A DNA stretch of 63,640 bases, filler included, from Atractiella rhizophila (lineage: Eukaryota), in the NCBI GenBank assembly GCA_021432655.1. It is 10 parts of 10 records of this genome, joined end to end, with 100 filler letters (N's around TTAATTAATTAA, not from the genome) between each part and the next. Parts side by side here need not be neighbours in the genome. Positions count along the whole stretch, not along the records: positions 33,461 to 40,025 come from MU272287.1; positions 40,126 to 46,688 come from MU272288.1; 8 more parts are not named here. One strand, 5' to 3'. Every line of letters begins with the position of its first letter. Within the stretch, counting starts at the first letter, position 1. Below are positions 35,232 through 46,476 of the stretch, in pieces. The notes below the pieces were generated by a model that was not told the origin of the DNA, ran no database searches, and worked only from the letters and a program-made list of their open reading frames with translations. The translations under genes and the position numbers were made by a program.

Positions 35232-35648
35232 TTAGCGCACAGAGAAGTCAACGACGAGGGCTCTGCCATCTGAGTAGCAACTCAGTTGAATGGAGGCAAG
35301 ACCCAGAGCAAGTTCTTACCCTCCCCTTGAGTCAGTGATGTAGGTGAGAGCATTAAGGGAAGGAGACCTACAATGAGGAAACCATTCAAAGATGTGCCTG
35401 TTGGGAAATGGGATAAGCAACGATTGACATTGTAGGATAAGAAGTAGCTTACAGGCTTTCGTTGTGTCTCCCTGATCCCGAAAGGTGACAAAGCCATAGC
35501 CTCTGCTCTTGTTCGGGGACTCTTTGTCCATCATAATTACACCATCCCGAAGAGCCCCGTACTGCACGAAGAGCGTTCTAAGGGCGGTGTGGTCGAGATT
35601 GTAGGGGAGATTGCCAACATAGAGCTTTTTGTTGGGGCTATTGTCCAT
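35232..35648 (-). CDS. Small single-RRM RNA-binding protein (~86 aa)
   Basis: RNP2 KLYVGNLP and RNP1 SRGYGFVTF. Exons 35648-35453, 35397-35372, (35320) and 35269-35232 give ...KACTSLNGFLIDGRALVVDFSVR*. Confidence 0.88.
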
Positions 35649-35810
35649 GTCAACGACGGTACAGATGATTTAGTGCGACCAACTTCAAGTTCATCTTGGA
35701 TTTGCATAACAGGACCCCTGAACAACAGAATATGTAAATGACGAAGGAGAACAGATGCTCCTTCAAGTCACCAAAAAGTGATTATATACGTGAGGTGAAA
35801 CACATGGCAT

Positions 35811-35885
35811 AACCTTTCGTACGAGAGAAACAACCTTTCATACGAGAGAAACAACCTTTTGTACGAGAGAAATAACCTTTCGTAC
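35811..35885. repeat. 21-bp tandem repeat, ~3.5 copies (AACCTTTCGTACGAGAGAAAC), with degenerate copies near 35978-36080
   Basis: Seen directly. The core is the palindrome TCGTACGA. Confidence 0.9.
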
Positions 35886-36315
35886 ACGGAACACAACGAA
35901 AGACACGATTATTTGCATAGAAGTGAACTCAAAAAGACTACTTCATTGGCTCCTGGCTTCAGGACTGCAGAGTGGATAACTCCTTTTGTATGAGAAGACA
36001 TAACCTTTTGTATGAAAGAGTGATGCTATCAGCTCCATCAGTGACATGTAACACTCCGTTCGGATATACGAGAGATAAAACGGACACAGTCTGATAAGTT
36101 TTGAGTGAAGCCAAAGTATGGAGGGGAACGACATCCACGTCATAATAACCGTAATGGAACTTTGACCAACATCTTTGGAAAACGGGGAACCGCTTCAAAT
36201 AGTTAAGTTTTACGTGAGCCACACGGGGTTCAGGCGACAGTGCCGCCAGCAGTCGGCAATCTCTGCAAATTGAACTGTACTTCTGAAACGTGATCGCCAG
36301 ACCGTACTATTTGAA

Positions 36316-37365
36316 ATGAATTGGAGGGTCACGCGTCACGATGGACCTTTCCGCTTCAAAAAATGCCCTTTGGTCACGCGTAACGAAGAGAAGTTTCCAC
36401 TAATGGAGAAATGCCGACTGACAGGAATGGAGTGGTCGATCTTGGATGAGCTTGTTCCATCGTTTGATGAATGTCTTTTGGCTTTTGTGATATGCATGAA
36501 GCAATGTGCTGAAATGGGCTCCAGCTCTTTCGGGAGACAAGTGGCAAAATGTCACAATCTGACGGTCCCAATCTCGCTTGTGGTGATATCAATGTTCAAC
36601 AACATTAGCATTCACCTATCCTGGCTGTATGAAGATTGTCAGTTGGATGGCGAGTGGCATTTCGCTGAGGCACATATGGCTATTTGGTTAGGCTTCTCAA
36701 AGGTAACAGATGAGGCACATATATGCACTTGGGCTTTTGTATGCTCCTCGGCTTTTTGTCTTATTGCCCAGCTTGCTCAATTTTTCACCGTTCTTCTTCC
36801 AAATCGAAGGATGGCTGATTTGAAGTAGCTACATTGGGAAACAATTTAGATTGCCAATGCAGTCAACAGCCGGAAAGAGTATTGTCAAAAGTATTACACA
36901 GTCACCGTGACAGGAGAGACTGACATGAGCTACAAACTATGTTTTGGTTGTCAACAAATCCTAACTGAATTATGGTTAGGACCAGCATCCATGAAAGAAG
37001 ATGCAATGGCATTGTAGGATCCAATGATCAAGCAATTGAATAAGGCACCTGTTGGAGTGGACTTTCTTACGGAGTTTTTGGATGTGAAACCAGAAGCCAT
37101 TGTCTTGCGAGAGGACGGGTCAATAAACGAGGTAGATGCATTGAGCTACCACCTACAAGGCTTGGAAGATAGCGGGGTCAGAGCAGGAGAGAAAATTCAG
37201 GGAGCTTGCGATGGATATTTCTGCCATTCCGTGTTAGTCCCGTCCTCAACTAACAAATCTTCTGAAGGCTCTTCAACTGACATTGAGAGGGCTTTTCAGA
37301 TGGGTGCCTTACAGTCACCCGCCTTTGTCACGGACTTTCGGATGTCAGATTCCATGCCTTATTGA
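36316..37365 (+). pseudogene. Heavily decayed hAT transposase C-terminal part
   Basis: LTGMEWSILDELV (LxxxEWxxL), PISLVVISMFNNI, and SSTDIERAF (the SxxxERxFS motif of the hAT dimerisation domain). Many stops. Confidence 0.6.
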
Positions 37366-38863
37366 TGCTGAAGCTTTGGGATGAGGATGGGCTCTTAACG
37401 GGCGTGAAGAAGCTTGTGATCCTCCTGGAAACAGTGATGGTGAACAAAAGGAGGCAAAGCAGCAGTGGAAGAGGGCGACGGGTGTTGCTGAGATTGTTAT
37501 TGATTGAATGAAAACTGCTTGTGAGTTACATGGTCTGAAATACATTTGAAATTTGGTTCAGCTCATGATATCCATGCTCTAACCCGTACCCCTTTCACGC
37601 ATCTTTGGAACGTGAACTTGGAGTTTGAGGAGCCGCCACGATTCAGAGTAGAATAAAGTCATTTATTTGATTTAGGAAGTATGAAAGAGAAAGAATGGAG
37701 ATACGAGAGTAACAGAGCAAGAGAAATGACGAAGGTTAAAGATAAAACAAACGCAGCCAAATCAGAGCTGCCATTTCAGGCGCTTGTTGACCCTGAGAGA
37801 TTGCCAACAACCTGTGTCCAGAGTAGAACATTGAATGCGTCTTGAAGGAATCATTGTTAGGGAAGTCATTTCGAATATCTTGCGATTGAGACCATTGCGT
37901 CAGTTAGAGACCGAGGAAAGTGAGTTTCAATTACCTCTCTGAAGGTGAGTGTTTTCTTTGATGTTTTGCAGGAAAGCTGCATGTAGAAATAAGAGAGACG
38001 AAGTGCCGTTAATAGATCAAGGAGAAGTAGAATGACAGAATTGACTGACGGTTTCGTTGTCGGTGTATGAAAATTGTGTGCCTTGATACGATTCGGAAAA
38101 CTCGGATGTCAAAGAACTTGTATATCGGAGTACAGAATTAACCCTCTGTGAATGAATGAAGCTGTTCAAGCGGAGGACATGGAGAGACGAGGCATGTTAG
38201 ATCATAAATTGTTTGATGGGGCAGAAACATGATGATGAAAGCCATCATCATCCCTCGCAGATAGATGGGCTGCTGCGGAAGGCAAAGCAGAGGTGCTTAA
38301 TTTGAAAGACACAGAGTCGTTCGGCGGTAGAAGTAAGCCTTGAATGGAGGAGACAGTGTCAGTTCGGGTTTTGGTTGTGACGAAGTGTGCATATTGAGCG
38401 TAAATTCACGAATGGCATCCAGCAAATTCCTTCTCCTTCGCGGCCGATTTTCTCCCTTTCTACCACTTGTCAGTGATAGATCCTCACCACTCCAAATCCT
38501 CCTCCTGATAGTAATTTAAAGTTTCAACCCTGCCTCTGTCAGAAACAGGATCCTGGCTAAATACTTCCCGCCTGACCACCCACCTGACCACTGCCTCCAA
38601 TAAAACAGGATCCCAACCAAAATGTTGAGTACTTTAGGCCCCGTCAACATTCCTTTCCGTCATTTGTCGACAATTCCTTCGATTTTCCAAACTTTTGCCA
38701 AAGGAGGTCAAAGATGGCAATGCTCGCTTGAGCGTTCCTTGCTAAAATGTCAACGTGGAAGAAGGGAGTGACGGGCAGAGTTTCGGCGTACAAGACAGTT
38801 GAGAGGATGGAGGAAGGTCGTACGTGCCATTATCCTCTAGTGAGAATTTGTCAGAATATTTTA

Positions 38864-40025
38864 GAGCCCGTTTGGGTGCCAAATCAGCGTGAATTCGAAT
38901 TCCGTGAATTGCCTGAATTGGTAATCCAATTCAAGCAATTTTGTGATTTGAGATTTTCAAAATCATTCGTTGCCAAACATCAAATGAATTGCATCAAAGC
39001 ACTTGACGTGAGCATCCGTGGACCTGAGTACGAGTGCTGCTGATGGCCGCAGGTGCGACGCGTCTTTTCTGAATAACAAAACAACAATCAATGCCTCGCA
39101 CCAACCCTCCCTCCGCTGCCCTTCGTCATCGTCGAAAACAAGCTCTGCGACTACAGTCATGCCAAATCATCCTGCTCCTTGTTGCCGCTACTGTTCAATT
39201 TTATGAGCTTCATTCCCTCAAAATCCCTCAGCACACAGCTTCTCTGACAGGCCATGCCTGGTATGTTCACCTTATCACTCATCCCAATCCTACTGTGATT
39301 AAAAATGACCTCGGAGTCTCCCGATTTGTCTTCAACCTCCTGGTGGAAAAGATGTTGGAGCATACTGGTTTCAGGGACAGTCGCGGGGTGACGGCAGGCG
39401 AAAAGCTCGCTATATTTCTTTACACGGTTAGGAAAGCTGCTAGCAATCGAACGGTTCAAAGCCGCTTCCAGCATTCTGGAGAAACGGTTTATAGGTATGT
39501 TTCTTTTGCTAGCTAGGAGACAGGGTTATAAAGTGCCTAGGCATTTCCATGATGTTCTCAAGCATCTGATTCAACCTGCACTCTACAAGCGATATGTGAA
39601 AGCAGTCGATCACAATACCCCTGTCCCTCCGGAGATCAAAGATGATCCGAAATTCTATCCTTCTTCAAGGATGTGCTTGGGGCTGTTGACGGCACGCACA
39701 TCAAAGCTGTTGTTCCCACAGCAGATCAACCACGGTTTCGAGATCGCAATGGCAACATCACCCAGAATGCACTCATAGCCGTCTCATTCGACTTGAAAGT
39801 TGTTACCTGCATGGCAGGATGGGAAGGGAGTGCGGCTGAGGGTAACCTTTGGCATGCAGCTCGATCCACTTCACTGTGGCTGCCGACAGGGAAGAAGCTT
39901 TTGGGAGATGCAGGCTTTGGGCTAGGAGAGGAGGATATACTTATGCCCTATCGGAATGTGCGGTACCACCCGAAGGAATGGCATCAGGGAAATCTCAGGT
40001 TTGTCCTGCTCCATTCCAGTTCAGT
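38864..40025 (+). mobile_element. PIF/Harbinger DNA transposon, left end plus DDE_Tnp_4 transposase (frameshifted, 3' truncated)
   Basis: TTA at 38861-38863 followed by GAGCCCGTTTGG is a typical PIF target site plus TIR, with GTGAATT subterminal repeats. Transposase from 39091: EKLAIFLY...SRFQHSGETV, LGAVDGTHI, QNALIAVSFDL, AGWEGSA, LGDAGF and PYRNVRYH. One base is missing at ~39660. Confidence 0.9.
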
Positions 40026-40125
40026 NNNNNNNNNNNNNNNNNNNNNNNNNNNNNNNNNNNNNNNNNNNNTTAATTAATTAANNNNNNNNNNNNNNNNNNN
40101 NNNNNNNNNNNNNNNNNNNNNNNNN
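40026..40125. other. Artificial scaffold linker
   Basis: N44-TTAATTAATTAA-N44. Confidence 0.98.
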
Positions 40126-41300
40126 GGGCGACGTTGGTAACCAGGGAGGAAGTTGGTGAGTCCCGTCTTCCGCTTGTCTGCAGTCGCCGTCCGACTAATT
40201 GCTGGCACTGCTGGAAGAGCAACTAAGGAGGGAGCACGGAGAAGAGGAACGTTGAGCGCTTGGAGAAACAGAAGGAGGGCGAGGGCTTGTGGGATCCAAC
40301 TGATCACAATTAATCAGATTAAGTAAGAAGCGCAAGACAAAAATCCTTACAATGCCTCCACGCTCGAAAGGCTGACCCATTGGCTCGCACCAGAGAGGAC
40401 GACGACCAGTAAAGCAGCCACTCGTGCTGTGAACCTCCCGATAACCTGTCCGACCAGCCAGCGTCCAAAGCAAGTTTGTTTGTAGCTCTCATCAAAGATG
40501 ACGTCGCCTCCATTGTCTCCCATCCTCCTCAAGCCTTGGCTCTTTGCTACCCTCAGGATCCAGACATAGCGAATGCAGAGGTAAGCGATCATCGCGAAAT
40601 CAATGGAGAGGACTACAGCTCCTGGCGCGGTACTGATATCGATGCTGCAGACCTCTCTGCGTAGAATGCCACCGTCTAATGCTGAGGTTGCGATGGCAGC
40701 TCCGATGCGAATAAGCAGTACGATGTAGACGGCTACTTGTTCGTACAGACCCACGCGGGGAAAGGGTTTGGTGATAGTAGATGGTGACTCTAGGAGACGA
40801 AGGTAAAATTTGGTAGACAAGGTGGAGAGGGAGAGAAAGAGTTTTAGGCAAGTGATGGGATGGATCAGCTGGAACGTAAGGACGGCGAAGGCGACGAGGA
40901 AGCGACAAGCTTGATCCTGCGAGTTCGGGATGGGAAGAAGAGAGCCGAAAGCGGCGAGAGAAAAGAGAAAGATGAGCGCGTTGAGGAGGAGGAGCAAGCG
41001 AAACCGATCGGCGGGTAAGAGGGAGACGTTGAGAGGATCCGCCTTGTTCATTCGCGTGATCGAACCAGCGCCGATCTTCCACCACTCAGCTTTCTTCTCG
41101 TCCTCCACACCATTCCCAAACCCTCCATCAAGGTCTCCTTTCTCCGAACTCGGAGAACAATCCTCCTCCACTGCGAGATAGGCTTGTACTCGCCGCAGGA
41201 ATAATCGTTTGCAGAGACGTTCGGCATCGAGAGATCGGAGGAGAAACGAGAGGGAGGAGAATGTGAGAAGTCCAAGGGAAAAGGTTGAAGCAGTCGCCAT
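40126..41300 (-). CDS. Hypothetical multi-pass membrane protein (about 6-7 TM), 3' truncated
   Basis: 317-aa ORF with hydrophobic helices (LLLLLNALIFLFSLAAFGSLL; ACRFLVAFAVLTFQLI; VAVYIVLLIRIGAAI; VVLSIDFAMIAYLCI). It continues after an intron (ISWIPQALALLLFLQAL) to the scaffold edge. Confidence 0.7.
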
Positions 41301-43015
41301 TCAAGAAATTCGAAGTTAGAAAGTCGAAAGTTAGACCGGGAGCGGGGACCAAAGCCCCTTTGTTGATGTGAAAGGAATGAAGTTCTGGGAAGCTGTAAAT
41401 AAAGCCCAACCAGAGGCTTGCGCGCTGCGCTTGTGAACAATGCTGAAACAAGTAGGTTAGTAGATACTCAGACTGGACAAAGAGAGCAGACTCGGTCAAC
41501 ACCAAATTTGGACAGAAAGATATTGTTGGCTTTTATCAGTCAGGAGACGTAGGTTAGCAGTATGACATGGCTCCTACAGCGCTTAAGTTAGCGCTCATGT
41601 CTAGACAGTGCTGATAGGAGAGAAGTCCACAGCGTTGCTCTTGTACCGCCTGTTGGTCGAAGTGGGGGTATTCAACCAAGATTCAGAACCGGAGTGAGAG
41701 ATGAGCATAGATTCATAGCCCAGATGTCACAGCCATCGTTAGGAAGGGCACAATAACTTGGGCAGCAGTATCAGGAGCGGCAATTCAAATGCTGATTGCC
41801 AGACATAAGCGCAGATATCTCGTCTGATGCAACTTGCAACTCGTCGTGGCCAGCTGTACACTGGGTACTATTGAGATGGAACCCAGTCTTTTGAGCACTC
41901 GTGAGGTGCCACATACGATATCACACTTTTCGCAAAAACACTCCCAATCTGACGACGATCAATGAAGCAGCAACTCACCGAGCCAGCCAATCGAAATGGA
42001 AGCAGCAATTGGATGCTCAACTGCTTCTGCCACTCCGCTGCGCCTAAACACCAACACCTCCAACCTGAAGCTCCAGGAGCGCAGAAAAGAGAAGACAGCG
42101 AAGAAGAGACCTGGTCGTTGTCAATGCTGAGTGCCGCGGGAGAGAAGGCTCGAATGGCAAACTTTGACGTGATCGCAACGACCGACTGTCGTGATTTCTC
42201 ACGTCGCGATGCAGACTTTTCTTGTGCTGGGGTCAAGTCGGCTCATATTATATTTATATTAGTGGTTGGCAAAAATGACATGGAAGTGCTTGGACTGTGG
42301 AGAAGGTCTAATTCTACTCTCTTGGAAGCTTTCGCTGCCATGATCTCATTCTTAGTCGTCTATTTTAGAGGATTGGTTGCTTGGACAGGCAACGTAGCCC
42401 AACGGGCGGGTAACGAAGGGAGGCTGGAAGTGATCAGAAGCTGTCAGAAGCTTTGAAAGACGATCAATCCAGAAGGAGGTGCAGTTGAAAGCGTTGAAAG
42501 GGAGCAGCAATTTGGTCTACCCATCGTTGACCTAATGAATTACAAGTTGTGAATCTCTCCTGTGCAATGTGGGAGACATCTGCCCGGATCAAAAGGGTTA
42601 GACAGACTGAAGGTCTAGATGTCTAGCAGCAGCGTGCTTGGTTACTCAAGCTCACTCAAGAATACACATCACTGTCTTCGCAGGCCGGGCAGAGGCGTGA
42701 TGAGGGACGAGCAACTTCCCTGAACGTAATTTGTAACTCCTCCCATGACATGCATGACAGGTCGAGGTTCCAGCCGATCAACAGCAATTGTTGGCAGCCC
42801 TTCTGGGTGGAGTTGAAGTGTAGGAGCAAAATTTGAATTCATTGTGGCGATTTGTCGAGAAGTTTTAAGACACAGTCAGAAAAAGCAATGAAGTTAATGA
42901 AAGAAACTGGATGGAGAGGGTTGGGACCGTTGAGGTCGTTGATAGTACAATGGGTAGGGGAAACAGAAAAAAAGAGACTTCAGGCGTTATTGAACAACAT
43001 ATTTCGTTGACACAT

Positions 43016-45145
43016 TCAAACAAAGATACCAAAATCCTGCCAGACGTTCATGACTGGATCTTCTTCCATCCCTTCCGCTTTCTTGGACTTTNNNNNNNNN
43101 NNNNNNNNNNNNNNNNNNNNNNNNNNNNNNNNNNNNNNNNNNNNNNNNNNNNNNNNNNNNNNNNNNNNNNNNNNNNNNNNNNNNNNNNNNNNNNNNNNNN
43201 NNNNNNNNNNNNNNNNNNNNNNNNNNNNNNNNNNNNNNNNNNNNNNNNNNNNNNNNNNNNNNNNNNNNNNNNNNNNNNNNNNNNNNNNNNNNNNNNNNNN
43301 NNNNNNNNNNNNNNNNNNNNNNNNNNNNNNNNNNNNNNNNNNNNNNNNNNNNNNNNNNNNNNNNNNNNNNNNNNNNNNNNNNNNNNNNNNNNNNNNNNNN
43401 NNNNNNNNNNNNNNNNNNNNNNNNNNNNNNNNNNNNNNNNNNNNNNNNNNNNNNNNNNNNNNNNNNNNNNNNNNNNNNNNNNNNNNNNNNNNNNNNNNNN
43501 NNNNNNNNNNNNNNNNNNNNNNNNNNNNNNNNNNNNNNNNNNNNNNNNNNNNNNNNNNNNNNNNNNNNNNNNNNNNNNNNNNNNNNNNNNNNNNNNNNNN
43601 NNNNNNNNNNNNNNNNNNNNNNNNNNNNNNNNNNNNNNNNNNNNNNNNNNNNNNNNNNCCTTTCCCGTTTGATTTGGCGGATCTGCGCTCCTTGTCCGCT
43701 TTAATGAGAGGATGGGAGTGCAGAAGCTTCGAGACTTGAGCAGGAATGTCAAATCGTTCGACCTGATCAAGTACGGCGCGTTCTTTCCCCTTCCCCTCGC
43801 CGCTCGACCTTCTGTGCTTCTTGTCCGCTTTGATCAGAGGAGGATGACACTTAGTCCCACAACCGATGGTGTAGTAAGCAGGGGAAGGATCGATACGAGG
43901 ACTGGAGGAGGCAACAGGCACAGCAGAGCTTGATACCGCAGACGCATGTCGGAGGGTCGAGTCCAAGCGGGGTACATGAACAGCAGTGGGGAGAGAGAGG
44001 AGGCTTGAAACAGACGGTACGGCTGTAATAGTCGAGATCGAAGCTGATTCGACATTTTGCATCAGCGGTGCTTCCTGTTGCTTCGGAAGGCGGAACGCAC
44101 CGACTGTGGATTCCTTACCCTTCACAGCATATTTCTCCAGCTTGTGAGTCTTCACGTTGGCTGTAGGTGTAGCACCGGGAAGCATGGACCAGGTAGCGGT
44201 AGTAGCAGCGAGGATAGCGATGATGATCACGAGAGTAGGACCACCGAGGGTGATGTGCAAATACTTGTCTGCGAAACCCTTGAAGAACGCGAGGGGAGAT
44301 TGAGTGGAGGGAGGAAGTGGCCTGAAGATAGCAGGTGAAGGCTTCGTGATAAGCGGTTCGGTTTCGGCATCACTCAGTTCCTCTTCATCCTTCGTGGGTG
44401 GAAGTTCTTCAACCAGTTCTTCCTTCGTATCCGCAAACTCGGCCGCAGTGTCATATGGGTCTTCCAACTTGACTTCGGCTTCAGCAGGATCGTCAAAAGG
44501 CGAGTTATTTCCCTCCTCTTTGACCTCCACACTACCAGATGTTTCCACAGGGGAAGCTTTCTCCTCTTCCATTTGACTGCCAAGTGTAGGCTTCGTCTCC
44601 CCTTCTTGGTGCAAGTACCTTGCGACCTCAATCCCCTCATTTCGCTCCACTACTTTCTGTTTATCCAATTCCGTCCTTTCCCTAAAATGCGCAATCGTGC
44701 TGCCGAAAACCTCATTATCCTCATCGAGCATCACTGAATTCTCCAAACTAAGGCTTTCCGGTGTCTTCTCTCCCTCCTCATTCACTTTCGGTTTCTTGAT
44801 GAGAAAATCAGAGTCCTTCATCGGATCGGGGAAGCGGAGAGACATAGACGGGCTCTCGCGAAGTACAGACCCCTGTGGCGTGGTGGCGGCGGGAGTGCGG
44901 TCTTCATTGGAGAGGAGGTTGAGCGTCGCCCAACTGCGAGAGACCGTCTCGTTCGCTTCAGTCTCATGATCGCTGCTGGAGCTTGCTCCGTCTTCAACAC
45001 TCGCGACACTCGCAGATCCGTCGTTGCTGATGATTTCAAAATCCTCGATCTCGCCATCGGAGAGAGAGGATAGTTCGAGATCGGAAAGGTTGCCAGACAC
45101 AGTGGAGCTGCTGGAAAGCGTTGGCGAGGGAGGAGACGAAGACAT
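43016..45145 (-). CDS. Hypothetical single-pass membrane protein with a long acidic disordered N-terminus; interrupted by an assembly gap
   Basis: Open frame of ~495 codons from ATG 45145 to the gap. The N-terminus is S/E/D-rich, there is one hydrophobic helix (LVIIIAILAATTATWSML), and a repeated HP(P)LIKADK unit lies next to the gap. The 3' end is uncertain. Confidence 0.7.
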   Translation of the reverse strand: MSSSPPSPTLSSSSTVSGNLSDLELSSLSDGEIEDFEIISNDGSASVASVEDGASSSSDHETEANETVSRSWATLNLLSNEDRTPAATTPQGSVLRESPSMSLRFPDPMKDSDFLIKKPKVNEEGEKTPESLSLENSVMLDEDNEVFGSTIAHFRERTELDKQKVVERNEGIEVARYLHQEGETKPTLGSQMEEEKASPVETSGSVEVKEEGNNSPFDDPAEAEVKLEDPYDTAAEFADTKEELVEELPPTKDEEELSDAETEPLITKPSPAIFRPLPPSTQSPLAFFKGFADKYLHITLGGPTLVIIIAILAATTATWSMLPGATPTANVKTHKLEKYAVKGKESTVGAFRLPKQQEAPLMQNVESASISTITAVPSVSSLLSLPTAVHVPRLDSTLRHASAVSSSAVPVASSSPRIDPSPAYYTIGCGTKCHPPLIKADKKHRRSSGEGKGKERAVLDQVERFDIPAQVSKLLHSHPLIKADKERRSAKSNGKXXXXXXXXXXXXXXXXXXXXXXXXXXXXXXXXXXXXXXXXXXXXXXXXXXXXXXXXXXXXXXXXXXXXXXXXXXXXXXXXXXXXXXXXXXXXXXXXXXXXXXXXXXXXXXXXXXXXXXXXXXXXXXXXXXXXXXXXXXXXXXXXXXXXXXXXXXXXXXXXXXXXXXXXXXXXXXXXXXXXXXXXXXXXXXKSKKAEGMEEDPVMNVWQDFGIFV
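43092..43658. other. Within-scaffold assembly gap (567 N)
   Basis: Run of N without the TTAATTAATTAA linker. Confidence 0.97.
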
Positions 45146-46476
45146 TGTTCTTCTCAACCGAAGGACGACTGGAAAAAGGAGTATCAGTGCTTGATTTAAG
45201 GAATGAGAAGTGTAGACGTGGAAAGTGGGGAAGACACAGTGGGAACTGAGTCAGCGTCTTTGGCTCTGCTGTTGAAGCCTAAGCAAGTAATGGGCAACGT
45301 GTGTCCGTCAATGCTTTATAGCCTTACATTTATGATAAGAAAAAATAACGCAGGCCCATATGCAAAAGGCCGACCACCACTAGTCGGTGTGCGGGAACAA
45401 GAGGGGATTGCTCGCAGCCAGTCCGCAGCCCCTTCAGGCTTCAGCGTGCAGGATTACTCTCTGCTTGATTATTTTGAGTTATCAGAAGCCAACGATCCAG
45501 CAATCCGAATCATCGTTGAAACAAACAGTACGAACTCGAAGGCGTGAAATGCTCGGTTCAGGTTGATGGTGGCGCAGATCTATCAGAGCGCGCACTTTCA
45601 ACGCCGCCCTCAACGATTGAGGCAGAAGATGAAAATCATAATATCAAACGTAGTTATACCCTTATCGGCAGAAGCTAGACCAAGGAGGCGGATGAATTGA
45701 GGTTGAATAATGCTTTCCCACACTGTTTGCCAAGACAGCCTTGATGGCTATCCCAACAGTACTGATAAGGATTTAGACATGGAGAGCGCAGATCGGTATC
45801 AACTTCATCACAAAAGGGGCTGAGAGCGGAGTGATGAGTGACCCCTGCTCTGATCGCCTCCTGGGCTGATGGTTCTCCCCAAAGAACAAAAAAGGGGCTC
45901 TTTTTGAACGAATTGAGGTAGATCGCTTACCTATGTGCTGATCGTATAGCTCTAAAGAGGTTTACTGAGGAATATGGAAGGAAAGAGGAAAGAGACGCCA
46001 GGGGTGGTCGTCGTCCTCTGATCAAGGCTTGGGTTCTGCGGCACAGGTTTGTCGGCGTTTCTCGGCATGTTTGTTTGGCACTTTGTGTCTTGGTGAGGAT
46101 GTGAACAATTTGTGTTTGTTATAACCATGTTACCATTACTACCTGACACCTCTTACAGTCATCGCTGAGCTTGGGAAGTTGTTGCTGGGATTAGCTTACT
46201 TGTATCCTTCGATTTATGCAAGTTGTCACAACAAAGAGCATGATCGCACAAACGGAACCAAATGAATGAGGGAGGAATGTCTGCGAACGGAAGTGCTGGG
46301 ACCATGTTTCACTGAACGCGATGATGGCGCATGGATATGAAGCTGGACCTCCCGCCTTACGGTCGAGCTGCAAGCTTTCGACGGGATTCTTCGTGAAGCT
46401 ATAAAGGAATGAAAGCGCAAACAGGTACAAGGTGCTCCTACTAACGAGATGTGGGCGTAATTGCATTGTGGAGTGA

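Noticed and set aside
35811..35885. CRISPR-like array
   Set aside because: The units are head-to-tail without spacers, the context is eukaryotic, and there are no cas genes.
43048..43770. Long ORFs 42911-43672, 43048-43770 and 43050-43739
   Set aside because: Their length comes from translating the N gap.
45831..45941. Box C/D snoRNA-like GTGATGA...CTGA...TGATGG...CTGA
   Set aside because: The terminal stem is weak and I could not identify an rRNA or snRNA complement. Such boxes arise by chance.
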